This document shows positions 29,862 to 38,752 of a DNA stretch of 64,000 nt, in pieces. Below the pieces are notes generated by a model, which saw only the letters and a list, made by a program, of their open reading frames with translations, did no database searches and was not told the DNA's origin. The DNA is from Spirochaetia bacterium (GTDB lineage: Bacteria; Spirochaetota; Spirochaetia; CAKZLE01), in the NCBI GenBank assembly GCA_963677595.1, contig OY782041.1:2912001-2976000 (forward strand), in the 5' to 3' direction. Both the position numbers and the translations under genes were made by a program. The first letter of the stretch is position 1, and every line of letters begins with the position of its first letter.

Positions 29862-29942
29862 GTGATATACTCAGAGAACAAAGATAAAAGAGGTAGTAGG
29901 TATGAAGAATATTCTCTGTTTCGGAGATTCTAACACCTGGGG
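29862..29942 (+). pseudogene. Promoter plus first codons (MKNILCFGDSNTWG) of an SGNH hydrolase gene (copy A)
   Basis: Near-identical to 33753-33833; similarity stops after ACACCTGGGG (29933-29942). Confidence 0.88.
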
Positions 29943-29970
29943 AGAATGATCCTACCTCCTATGATACCTT

Positions 29971-30489
29971 TTATGATCTAGTTCTTCTCCTCCTTGGAAC
30001 ATCCAATTGAGGTTGTACCGGTTCATATGTCTTCAAGCCGGCATCCCCGGTCAGTATCTCTACAACACATGGTATTTTGGCATAATATTCTGCTACATCT
30101 TTGATTGTGGCATCTCCCAGGGATAGACGGCTAGCTGCCAAATCAGGCCAGGAACCTGCAAGCAAGATCATGTTTTCCTTAGACCACAACTCTGCTTGGA
30201 CTGAGAAGGCAGCCCAAGGTGATTCCTCACAAGCACTTTTCATGATCAAGTCCCCTAAATCCTTGGCACGTTCATACCTAAACTCCGGGGCTTGGGCTAT
30301 ATGGTTTCCTGTTTCGATTATTGTTGCCAAAGGGAGAACAAATGTTGTTCCCGCAGATTCTTCTTCCTGTATTTTTATTTGTAATCTTGTCTTGTCCCAC
30401 TCGTCAACTTCAGGTCCGCAACGATCCATGCCAGGGACTCCCAGCCAGACACAGAGGATGCTTGTATCAATTATGAGAACTTTCCTCAT
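29971..30489 (-). CDS. PIN-like domain protein
   Basis: IIDTSIL...IIETGNHIAQ...SLGDATI...ILTGDAGL acidic tetrad pattern; ATGA overlap with the ATPase. Confidence 0.7.
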   Translation of the reverse strand: MRKVLIIDTSILCVWLGVPGMDRCGPEVDEWDKTRLQIKIQEEESAGTTFVLPLATIIETGNHIAQAPEFRYERAKDLGDLIMKSACEESPWAAFSVQAELWSKENMILLAGSWPDLAASRLSLGDATIKDVAEYYAKIPCVVEILTGDAGLKTYEPVQPQLDVPRRRRTRS

Positions 30490-31739
30490 TGCAGAGCTCC
30501 CTTGTCCAATGATCTTTCGATTGTTCCTTCAGAAGAAAGTCTTCCCAAGGATCCTCCAGCCATCATTTTGGGAAGTTGGGCCAAGTCTTCCAATTGAAGC
30601 AGGTTACTTGTACCTGTTGATCGGTCTCTATGAATCACCGTTATAAACGGTACCATTTGTGGTCCTGCAGCATCGAGAATAGCAGGATTGTGCGTAGTTA
30701 CAATAACATCAATACCTCGTTCTTTCCCTAGGGTTCGAAGCATTGTCAGCAGCAACTTAGCCCTGGATGGATGCAGGCCGTTATCAACTTCTTCAATAAC
30801 CAGCAGGCTGTTAGGATCCCTTGTCAGCATTGCTGTCACAATAGATAGATAGCGTAATGTTCCATCAGACATCCCACGGGCATCAACAATATGCACGTTA
30901 GCTTCTGACCACCCCTCCTCACAATACAGCATCGCATCATTTTGGAATTTCCCTATGGGTTCAGTCCATACTCTTCTTATATCTTTCTCAGGGATGGTTT
31001 TCAGGTAATCTGTGAGGGTTTTCTCTACTTCCTTCTTCTTGTCAGGTTCCAAAGCTGCTAAAACTCCTGAAAGATTGGATCCATCAGAAAGGAGTTTTTC
31101 TGAGAAAGCTGTATAATCTCTCATGTGACTGGGGATAGGGTCAAAGACGAATATGTTCTGTAATTGGTTTAGAACTACTTTTATCCCTGCCTGTACTTCC
31201 TTTATCAGATTCAGCCCCTCTGATTGGGTTAATATGACATGAGAACGATTCAGGTCAATTCGTTTGCTGGGACCTCTTTTACTGGTAGCAAAATATGCAG
31301 GGATCCCGGGAGTTGAATCATTGGCTTCCTGTGTATAATACAATCTTCTTTCTTTTGATACGGTGCCTCTTGCATTATATTTAAAGGATTTCAGTTCCTC
31401 GAAGAAGACTTCGGCTTTGATGCCATTTACTTGTACAGACAGGTGGTATTCATATGTGAGGTTATCAGCCTCATTCTCGATCGTGATCGTGATGGAAAAC
31501 CTGCTCTCTGGTTTCAGGCAGATCCATTCTAATCCTCCCCGTAATGCATGCAGACTAACATCACCAGTAATCGCAGGATAGAGTCCAACGCCAGAGGAAA
31601 TTCGCTGCAAGAACAGGAAGGCATCGAGGATATTCGATTTACCACTAGCATTTGTCCCAATCATGATAGTCAGGGGATCAATATAGAGCGTTCCTTCCTT
31701 ATAACTTTTCCAGTTATGTACTACCATCTTCGTAAGCAT
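30486..31739 (-). CDS. AAA_21/ABC-type ATPase
   Basis: GTNASGKSN, MSDGTLR, IEEVDNGLHP, TTHNP. Confidence 0.9.
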   Translation of the reverse strand: MLTKMVVHNWKSYKEGTLYIDPLTIMIGTNASGKSNILDAFLFLQRISSGVGLYPAITGDVSLHALRGGLEWICLKPESRFSITITIENEADNLTYEYHLSVQVNGIKAEVFFEELKSFKYNARGTVSKERRLYYTQEANDSTPGIPAYFATSKRGPSKRIDLNRSHVILTQSEGLNLIKEVQAGIKVVLNQLQNIFVFDPIPSHMRDYTAFSEKLLSDGSNLSGVLAALEPDKKKEVEKTLTDYLKTIPEKDIRRVWTEPIGKFQNDAMLYCEEGWSEANVHIVDARGMSDGTLRYLSIVTAMLTRDPNSLLVIEEVDNGLHPSRAKLLLTMLRTLGKERGIDVIVTTHNPAILDAAGPQMVPFITVIHRDRSTGTSNLLQLEDLAQLPKMMAGGSLGRLSSEGTIERSLDKGALQ

Positions 31740-31903
31740 AGCCGTCCTCCAAGTGCATTGATATGGAAATAATACAAATTACAGTTACTTAATTCTATGT
31801 TAACCAGTTTGCTTTTATTGTTCTTTAAGTTCCTTTTCCGTATGCACGTTAGTATATCACACAAATGGAAGGCAATTGTGAGGTAACGTTATAAAACAGT
31901 AAT

Positions 31904-33695
31904 CTATAGTTCCCACTCCATTTTCGTACCACACAAGATGGAGGCCCCCGATATGTGATGCTGGAACCCAATTTCGGTTCAGTATCCCTTATCTCCTTTT
32001 AAATGGCTTGTTCTCACTGAAATACCCACTATAAATCTGATAAATCAGACACAATGCTGACCATCTTCTTGTCACAGGAGGAGGAATGTGGTACTATTGT
32101 GGTACGAATACAGAAGTACCACAAGGAGTATGCAGTGGCACACTACATCAGATACCAGAACAAGGCAGATAAGACCTATGCGCAGATTATTGATGCGGTC
32201 AGGGTGGACGGCAAGAAGGAAAACCACTATATCGCCAGCCTCGGTACGGTAATCGATAAAGAGCAAGGGGTCTTCAGATCAAAAGAGCGAGGGATCTACA
32301 CCTATACCCTGGAGGACGGATACGGTGAAGCTCCTCGAGAGATTGAGATGCTCCATGAAGGCATGAAGCGGGAGCGGCTTATCCTTGATTTCGGTGACAG
32401 TTATATGCTGGATCACTATCTGAGGAATTCCAGTCCGTTCTTTGATCTGTTCTCTGCTATCCTGCCACAACAGCGTGACAGTCTGTTTGCGCTTCTGTTC
32501 TTCAGGCTCCTCACTGATAAAAAGGCCTATATGTATGCACAGTCCTGGCATGAAGGGAATTATGCAAGCATTCTCTATCCAAACGCACGACTCCAGAGTC
32601 AGCGGATCAGTGATTTCCTCACCGCACTTGGTGATGAAGAGGTGGGCCGGGGCTTTTTCTCTTCCTATCTGAACCAGCTGTATCCGGATCATACCGGCAC
32701 GGGGATTCTCATTGACAGTACCGGGCTGCATAATGCGGTGGATATGCCGTTGACCGCACTGAGCAACCATAATGGAGACATCAACTTTGAGACACGGTTG
32801 ATCTATGTGATTGACCGGTTCAACGGCATGCCGCTGTACCTGCGCTATTGCCCCGGGAATGTAGTCGATGTAACCACATTGTGCACCACGGTAGAGGAGT
32901 TACGGCAGTTAGGAGTACGGACAGACTTTGCGATCGTAGATGCCGGATACTATAGTGAAGATAACGTTGATGCGCTTTATGCAGCTGATATAGCTTTTGT
33001 CTCCCGAGTGGGCCCCAACAGGAAGCTGTGCAAGACGCTTATCGAAACGCATGCCCCAAGTATCCGACAGGCACAGTATATGGTGCCGTTTGGTAATCGA
33101 ATCGTGTATATGAGGCGATTCTCCGTTGATTTGCATGGACATCCCGGCTATGCCTATTTGGGCGTTGACATGGACAGTCGCAATTTGCAGGAGAAGAAGG
33201 TGTCCCTGCAGGCGCTCAATGACAGGCTCCCATTTGATGAGATAGACAAGAAGATGGGGAAGTTAGGCTCCTTTGTCCTCGTATCCTCTCAGAAGATGGA
33301 GTGCCAGGATATGCTGCCCCTGTATTATACGAGAACACAGGTGGAGCAGGTATTTGATATCGCCAAGAATAATGCTGATGTGGTTCCGCTCAGGATTCAT
33401 GGAGAACAGACCCTTCGAGGTCATCTGCTGCTCACATTTCTCGCAACGGTACTGTTTCAGCAACTTCAGAAAGACCTGGTACTGCATACGCAGAAAAAGG
33501 ACAAACTGAACCCTGAAGGCAGTTTCTTCGTACTGAGAAACCAGAAGTGTAAAGTATATGATCGACTGGTGATTCCACAAGAACCGACAAAGAAGATGAA
33601 TGACATCTATAGACTTCTAAAGGTTCCTACCCCAACTTCCATCCCCTATACGCGGTTGTAAGTCCTGTGGTACGAAAAGGGGGTGGGAACTATAG
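31904..33695 (+). mobile_element. IS1634-like (IS4 superfamily) insertion sequence, 1792 bp
   Basis: 30-bp terminal IRs CTATAGTTCCCAC(T/C)CC(A/C)TTTTCGTACCACA (28/30) and a 5-bp target duplication GTAAT (31899-31903, 33696-33700). Confidence 0.88.
32135..33661 (+). CDS. DDE transposase (IS1634-like)
   Basis: LIDSTG, PGNVVDVTTL, IVDAGYYS, YYTRTQVEQVF, GHLLLTFLA; GTG start after AAGGAG. Confidence 0.88.
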   Translation: MAHYIRYQNKADKTYAQIIDAVRVDGKKENHYIASLGTVIDKEQGVFRSKERGIYTYTLEDGYGEAPREIEMLHEGMKRERLILDFGDSYMLDHYLRNSSPFFDLFSAILPQQRDSLFALLFFRLLTDKKAYMYAQSWHEGNYASILYPNARLQSQRISDFLTALGDEEVGRGFFSSYLNQLYPDHTGTGILIDSTGLHNAVDMPLTALSNHNGDINFETRLIYVIDRFNGMPLYLRYCPGNVVDVTTLCTTVEELRQLGVRTDFAIVDAGYYSEDNVDALYAADIAFVSRVGPNRKLCKTLIETHAPSIRQAQYMVPFGNRIVYMRRFSVDLHGHPGYAYLGVDMDSRNLQEKKVSLQALNDRLPFDEIDKKMGKLGSFVLVSSQKMECQDMLPLYYTRTQVEQVFDIAKNNADVVPLRIHGEQTLRGHLLLTFLATVLFQQLQKDLVLHTQKKDKLNPEGSFFVLRNQKCKVYDRLVIPQEPTKKMNDIYRLLKVPTPTSIPYTRL

Positions 33696-33792
33696 GTAAT
33701 TTGTTCGAGAGACCTATGGTCCGCAAATAGGCATGCAAGATTGTGCAAATCAGTGATATACTCAGAGAACAAAGATATAAGAGGTAGTAGGT

Positions 33793-34416
33793 ATGAAGAA
33801 TATTCTCTGTTTCGGAGACTCGAACACCTGGGGGTACAATCCGGTCTCTAAGGAACGGTACGACCGGGATACCCGGTGGACCGGGGTCCTGCAGAAGCTG
33901 ATCGGGAGTGAGTACTACATCATCGAGGAGGGGCTCAACGGAAGGACCACGGTCTTCGATGACCCGATCGAAGAGGGTAGGTGCGGCAAGGTGTACCTTG
34001 AACCCTGCCTTATCTCCCACAAGCCGCTGGACCTGGTCGTGCTGATGCTCGGGACCAATGACCTGAAGAAGCGGTTCGACGTCTCTGCCGATGATATCGC
34101 CAGAGGGATAGAACTCCTGATCGAGAAGATACAGAAGAGCGAGACCGGAAGAGGCGGTGCCGCTCCTGAAATACTCCTGCTTTCCCCAGCCGTGATCAAG
34201 GAGACCGGGGAGTTCAGCGAGATGTTCGCAGGTGGAGAAGAGAAGTCGAAGAGGTTCGCCCGGAAGTATCAGGCAATCGCATCGTTACACGGCTGTCACT
34301 TCCTCGATACCGCACCGTTCATGGCGGTCTCGGATGTGGACGGGATCCACTTCCCTCCTGAAGCTCATAAGACGTTGGCGGAGCGGTTGCACGATGTGGT
34401 AGCAGAACTCATATAA
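33793..34416 (+). CDS. SGNH/GDSL hydrolase (intact copy B)
   Basis: FGDSNTWG, EEGLNGRTT, MLGTND and DGIH catalytic blocks. Confidence 0.93.
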   Translation: MKNILCFGDSNTWGYNPVSKERYDRDTRWTGVLQKLIGSEYYIIEEGLNGRTTVFDDPIEEGRCGKVYLEPCLISHKPLDLVVLMLGTNDLKKRFDVSADDIARGIELLIEKIQKSETGRGGAAPEILLLSPAVIKETGEFSEMFAGGEEKSKRFARKYQAIASLHGCHFLDTAPFMAVSDVDGIHFPPEAHKTLAERLHDVVAELI

Positions 34417-34496
34417 CACGTCTTGCTTCACGTTTTGCTCTTTACTTACGGATAAAATATGCTATACTTAATATATAAGAGTAGTAGAAAGTATAC

Positions 34497-35114
34497 ATGC
34501 GTAAAGATGGCAGACAAACAGAGACAGAGAAAGCACTGAAGATAATCGAAGAATACCATGGTCTTATTCGGACCTCCCAGGCTATAGCACTCGGCATTCA
34601 TCCGAGAGCATTGTATGCATTGCGGGATTCCGGGGAGTTGATGCAGTTAACAAGAGGGGTTTACTGCCTGCCCCATTATGAATTCTCAGGGAGTATGGAC
34701 CTTGAGGTTGTTGCTGTTCGAATCCCTAAGGCTGTCGTTTGTCTGGTTTCAGCATTGGCTTTTCATGAGATGACTACTCATATACCGCATACTGTTTCCA
34801 TAGCGATCCCGAAATCTATGAAAAACCCCATTCTGGAGTTTCCGCCCATAGAGGTGTATCATTTTTCGAAGAACCCATATGAGACTGGGATTGAGTACCA
34901 TGAAAAAAAGCATGTTACAATAGCTGTATACGATCGTGAGAAGACCATAATTGACTGCTTCAAGTTCAGAAACACCATAGGTCTTGATATTGCCATTGAA
35001 GCGCTGAAAACCTATAGACAGCAACAACGGCCTGATTTTATCAAACTGATTGAATATGCACGTATCTGCCGGGTAGAGAAGGTCATGACACCGTATCTGG
35101 AGATGCTGCAATGA
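34497..35114 (+). CDS. Type IV TA antitoxin, AbiEi family
   Basis: L..LTRGVY, CLVSALAFHEMTT, YDREKTIIDCFKFRNTIG. Confidence 0.88.
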   Translation: MRKDGRQTETEKALKIIEEYHGLIRTSQAIALGIHPRALYALRDSGELMQLTRGVYCLPHYEFSGSMDLEVVAVRIPKAVVCLVSALAFHEMTTHIPHTVSIAIPKSMKNPILEFPPIEVYHFSKNPYETGIEYHEKKHVTIAVYDREKTIIDCFKFRNTIGLDIAIEALKTYRQQQRPDFIKLIEYARICRVEKVMTPYLEMLQ

Positions 35115-36025
35115 AAGAGATTAAGAACCTGCCTGCATCGGTTAGACAACGCCTCATGAATGAGGCGAGAAAAGAGAAAAGGCCATATGATGAACTCGTA
35201 CGGTACTATGCTATGGAACGTTTTCTTTTTCGGTTGTCAGAATCAGTATTCTCAAGACAGTATATCTTGAAGGGCGGGCTTCTTCTTAAGCTGTGGGATT
35301 CCTCAAAAACACGGTCCACCATGGATATTGATATGAAGGGTGTTGCCAGTAACCATGAGCAGGAAGTACTGAACCAGATTGAGAGGATCCTCTCTCATCC
35401 TGTTGTGCCTGATGGTATCATCTTCGATCCGAGTAGTCTGAAAGTGGAGAGCATTACCGATGATTCTGAGTATTCCGGCCTAAGAATAAAGTTCTTGGGC
35501 TTTATTGGGACCCAGCGAATCCCCATGCAGCTGGATATCGGGTTCGGTGATGTGATTACCCCTGAACCAATAGTGCTAGAGTATCCCACTATATTGGATT
35601 TCCCTGAACCGAAGATTTTCTGCTATAACATGGAAAGTGTCATTGCTGAAAAGTTTGAGGCAATGATCAGTTTAGGAAGAATCAACAGCAGAATGAAAGA
35701 TTTCTATGATATCTGGTTGTTGGCTTCACAAAACCATTTTGATTTTCATTCTCTGGAAACTGCTATTGAGGCGACTTTACGAAATAGGGGGACCAGAATA
35801 CCCGAAGATCTTAATGTATTCTCAGAAGGGTTCATAACTTCAAAACAAGCACAGTGGGAAGCTTATAAAAAACGAACTAAGCTCGATACCGTACCACTGG
35901 AGTTTGCGGTGATCGTACGGCTGATATCATGTTTCTTAACTCCTATTGTTGAGCATTTGATTTATGATTCTATTTATTACGTAAAGCTGCATTGGGTTCC
36001 CACTGATGGGTGGATGGATGCTTGA
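35111..36025 (+). CDS. Nucleotidyltransferase toxin, AbiEii/AbiGii family
   Basis: ILKGG, RSTMDID, LDIGFGD, IAEKFEA, SRMKDFYDI; ATGA overlap. Confidence 0.92.
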   Translation: MKEIKNLPASVRQRLMNEARKEKRPYDELVRYYAMERFLFRLSESVFSRQYILKGGLLLKLWDSSKTRSTMDIDMKGVASNHEQEVLNQIERILSHPVVPDGIIFDPSSLKVESITDDSEYSGLRIKFLGFIGTQRIPMQLDIGFGDVITPEPIVLEYPTILDFPEPKIFCYNMESVIAEKFEAMISLGRINSRMKDFYDIWLLASQNHFDFHSLETAIEATLRNRGTRIPEDLNVFSEGFITSKQAQWEAYKKRTKLDTVPLEFAVIVRLISCFLTPIVEHLIYDSIYYVKLHWVPTDGWMDA

Positions 36026-36102
36026 GAAAGAGAACAGCTACTCGTCCTATGCAAAGAAGAGAGTATCTTCTTTAAGTATTTATTCATTACTATAAAGTCT
36101 GT

Positions 36103-36698
36103 ACACCTGGGGGTACGACCCGGTATCGAAGGAGTGGTATGACCGCGATACCCGGTGGACCGGTATCCTGCAGAAGCTGCTCGGGAGTGAGTACTACATC
36201 ATCGAGGAGGGGCTCAACGGAAGGACTACGGTCTTCGATGACCCGATCGAGGAGGGAAGGTGCGGCAAGGTGTACCTTGAACCCTGCCTTATCTCCCACA
36301 AGCCGCTGGACCTGGTCGTGCTGATGCTCGGGACCAATGACCTGAAGAAGCGGTTCGACGTCTCTGCCGATGATATCGCCAGAGGGATTGAACTCCTGAA
36401 CGAGAAGATCCAGAAGAGCGGGACGGGCAGGGATGGTGCCGCTCCTGCTATCCTCCTGCTTGCACCTGCAGTGATCAAGGAGACCGGGGAGTTCGGTGAG
36501 ATGTTCGCAGGTGGAGAAGAGAAGTCGAAGAGATTCGCAAGGAAGTATCAGGCAATCGCATCGTTACACGGATGTTATTTCCTCGATACCGCACCGTGCA
36601 TGGAGGTCTCGGATGTGGACGGGATCCACTTCCCGCCTGAGGCCCATAAGACGTTGGCGGAGAAGCTGGAACTTAAGCTGCAGGACTTGTTTTCGTAA
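36103..36698 (+). pseudogene. SGNH hydrolase lacking its first ~11 codons (copy C)
   Basis: About 92% identical to 33824-34383 by hand count; begins at ACACCTGGGG; frame stays open to its stop; catalytic GDS is missing. Confidence 0.88.
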
Positions 36699-36713
36699 CC
36701 TGCAGGGTGTCCC

Positions 36714-37172
36714 TCACACCGAGATCCTGGCAGAACCAGGGAACCAGGGACCGTTGTTCCTGGAGGATCCCTGCGCCTTCTTTGGACGCAGTGCTGCTGT
36801 GAACACGGCCTTGAGCTTCCTCACGATATTTTCCGGGATGGTGTAATGTTCCCGCCGGGAGAGCTTCAGGTAGTACATGGCGACCTTGCGGTCGGCATCC
36901 CCCTGACGGTTGGGGTGGCAGAAGTAGCGCTCGAGGGTCCGCAGGCCGGAGAGCCTGTCCTGGTTCATCTCATAGAGCCCGGCAAGTTCCATGTAGGGTG
37001 CCGATGATATCCTGGAGGGGACGAGGCTGCAGGTTTCGAACTCCCTGAGCAGGATGATCTTCGTCAGGATCTCGATGGCAGAATCGTAATCTCTCTTCTG
37101 TTTCAACCTCTCGACCAACTCTGCACAGGCGATGGCATCGCCGACGAGACTCTCCTTGAAGTCGTTATCCAT
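36714..37172 (-). CDS. Hypothetical helical (TPR-like) protein
   Basis: GAGGAGG RBS before MDNDFKE; APYMELAGLY...LERY helical pattern. Confidence 0.55.
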   Translation of the reverse strand: MDNDFKESLVGDAIACAELVERLKQKRDYDSAIEILTKIILLREFETCSLVPSRISSAPYMELAGLYEMNQDRLSGLRTLERYFCHPNRQGDADRKVAMYYLKLSRREHYTIPENIVRKLKAVFTAALRPKKAQGSSRNNGPWFPGSARISV

Positions 37173-37278
37173 TGAGTCCTCCTCATAGGGATTTCTGTAA
37201 AAAGATCCTCTAAGGCAGCAGGGAAAGTATACCACCTATCTCATGGTCCGATTATGAGCATATCGTGTATTCGTTTTC

Positions 37279-38553
37279 TCAGACGCTGTAGGTGCTGATC
37301 ATGTAGCCGCCGGGCTCCCGCTCCTTCACGGTGTTCATCGCGTTGTAAGCCCGGTTGATGAGCGGCAGGACCTGGTCCCCGTTCGTCGGGTAGATCGCGA
37401 TCCCGATATTGACCTGCAGGTCTATCGAGTAGTGCTGGAAGACGATGGGGTCCTTGAACCCCTGGGTAAGCTTCTCCGCGACAGCGAGGATATCCTTCCG
37501 GGAGGTGATGCTCGGCAGGAGGACGAGGAAGGTGGACCCTTCATACCGGGCGAGGAGGTCGCTCTTCCTGAAGAGCTGCTTCATCCTGGCCGTGGCGAGC
37601 TTGAGGACCTCATCCCCGATGTTCCTCCCGTACCGCTCGTTGATCATGGTGAACTTGTCAAGCTCGATGATGAAGAAGGTGACGAGATCCTTGGTATAGC
37701 GTGCCTGGGACAGGGTGAGCTCTGCCTGGAGCTGGAAGAAGTTCTTGTTCGGGAGGCCGGTCAGGATATCATGGTTGGAGAGGAAGGAGAGCTTCTGCTC
37801 CAACTCCTTCTGGAAGGTGATGTCCTCGAAGGTCCCTTCGATGGAGATGATCGACTGGTCATCCCCATAGTTGGCTGTGAGGTTGATGCGTGCCCAGATG
37901 ACCACCCCGTCATACCGCTGGATCTCCACACTCCGGCCCTGCACCTGGCCCTCCTGGCTGATGATGGAGGTGATCACCTTCTTCTCTTCCTCATCGTTGA
38001 AGAAGGAGAAGAAGTTGTCCTCGTAGATGACATCCTTGAACGGTGCCTTCAGCAGGGATGCCATCTGCTTGTTGGTCTCGATGAAATCGCCTTCGGGATT
38101 GGTCCTGAAGAGTCCCAGCGGGACAGAGTCGATGAGCGGCGTACCTGTCTCAACCCTGCGGCTTGACTTCATGGCGCGATCGAGCTCATCTAGCTGGTTG
38201 TCAATGATCGAGAGGATCATGGCTGCCCCGCCCTGGGGATCCTCGATGAGGATCGGCATCACCTTCTCGTCAAGTTCAGTTTCCAGGGGGACCCCGCGTT
38301 CAGTGAGCAGGAGTACCTTCTGGATCTCAGGCAGGCTGGTGAGGGTATCGAGGACCATGGAGACCGAATAGGAATCCTCGAAATCATAGGAGATGAGCAC
38401 GAGGTTGAAGGTGTGGGCTTTCATGAGGGTCAGCCCGCTGAGCAGCGAGTCCGTGCTGACAAGCTCGTTATGGGCTCTCTTCAGCTGGTCGAGGATCATG
38501 TCCTTCTTCTCGCTCTTCTCGGTGATCGATATGATGTGCATCTGGTTCTTCAT
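37279..38553 (-). CDS. PAS + degenerate GGDEF-domain protein
   Basis: PAS (PLGLFRTNPEG...EDITFQK), HDILTGLPNK, INERYG..IGD; active-site position reads YEGST, preceded by RKSD. Confidence 0.85.
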   Translation of the reverse strand: MKNQMHIISITEKSEKKDMILDQLKRAHNELVSTDSLLSGLTLMKAHTFNLVLISYDFEDSYSVSMVLDTLTSLPEIQKVLLLTERGVPLETELDEKVMPILIEDPQGGAAMILSIIDNQLDELDRAMKSSRRVETGTPLIDSVPLGLFRTNPEGDFIETNKQMASLLKAPFKDVIYEDNFFSFFNDEEEKKVITSIISQEGQVQGRSVEIQRYDGVVIWARINLTANYGDDQSIISIEGTFEDITFQKELEQKLSFLSNHDILTGLPNKNFFQLQAELTLSQARYTKDLVTFFIIELDKFTMINERYGRNIGDEVLKLATARMKQLFRKSDLLARYEGSTFLVLLPSITSRKDILAVAEKLTQGFKDPIVFQHYSIDLQVNIGIAIYPTNGDQVLPLINRAYNAMNTVKEREPGGYMISTYSV

Positions 38554-38752
38554 GACTGGGTTCCCCTTGCTTGATACGTGGATTCCTATAAAAAAGAGTA
38601 TATCGGCAGGTCATTAATGTCAATGAAAGAGTAGGACCGCAGGGGGTTTTCCTTGCTGATACCCCCCTGCTTACCGGAGGAAACAGGCCTGGTCAGACGA
38701 TTTTGTGTAAAAAACAGTAGAAAATAGCTACCTGCTCTTCTATACTGAATAT

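Noticed and set aside
26158-33695. Composite transposon formed by the two IS elements
   Set aside because: Different families; the IS1634-like element has its own 5-bp TSD, showing independent insertion.
38639-38670. GC hairpin upstream of the EPS operon as a c-di-GMP riboswitch
   Set aside because: A simple stem without recognisable GEMM motifs, and it lies upstream of the apparent -10 box.
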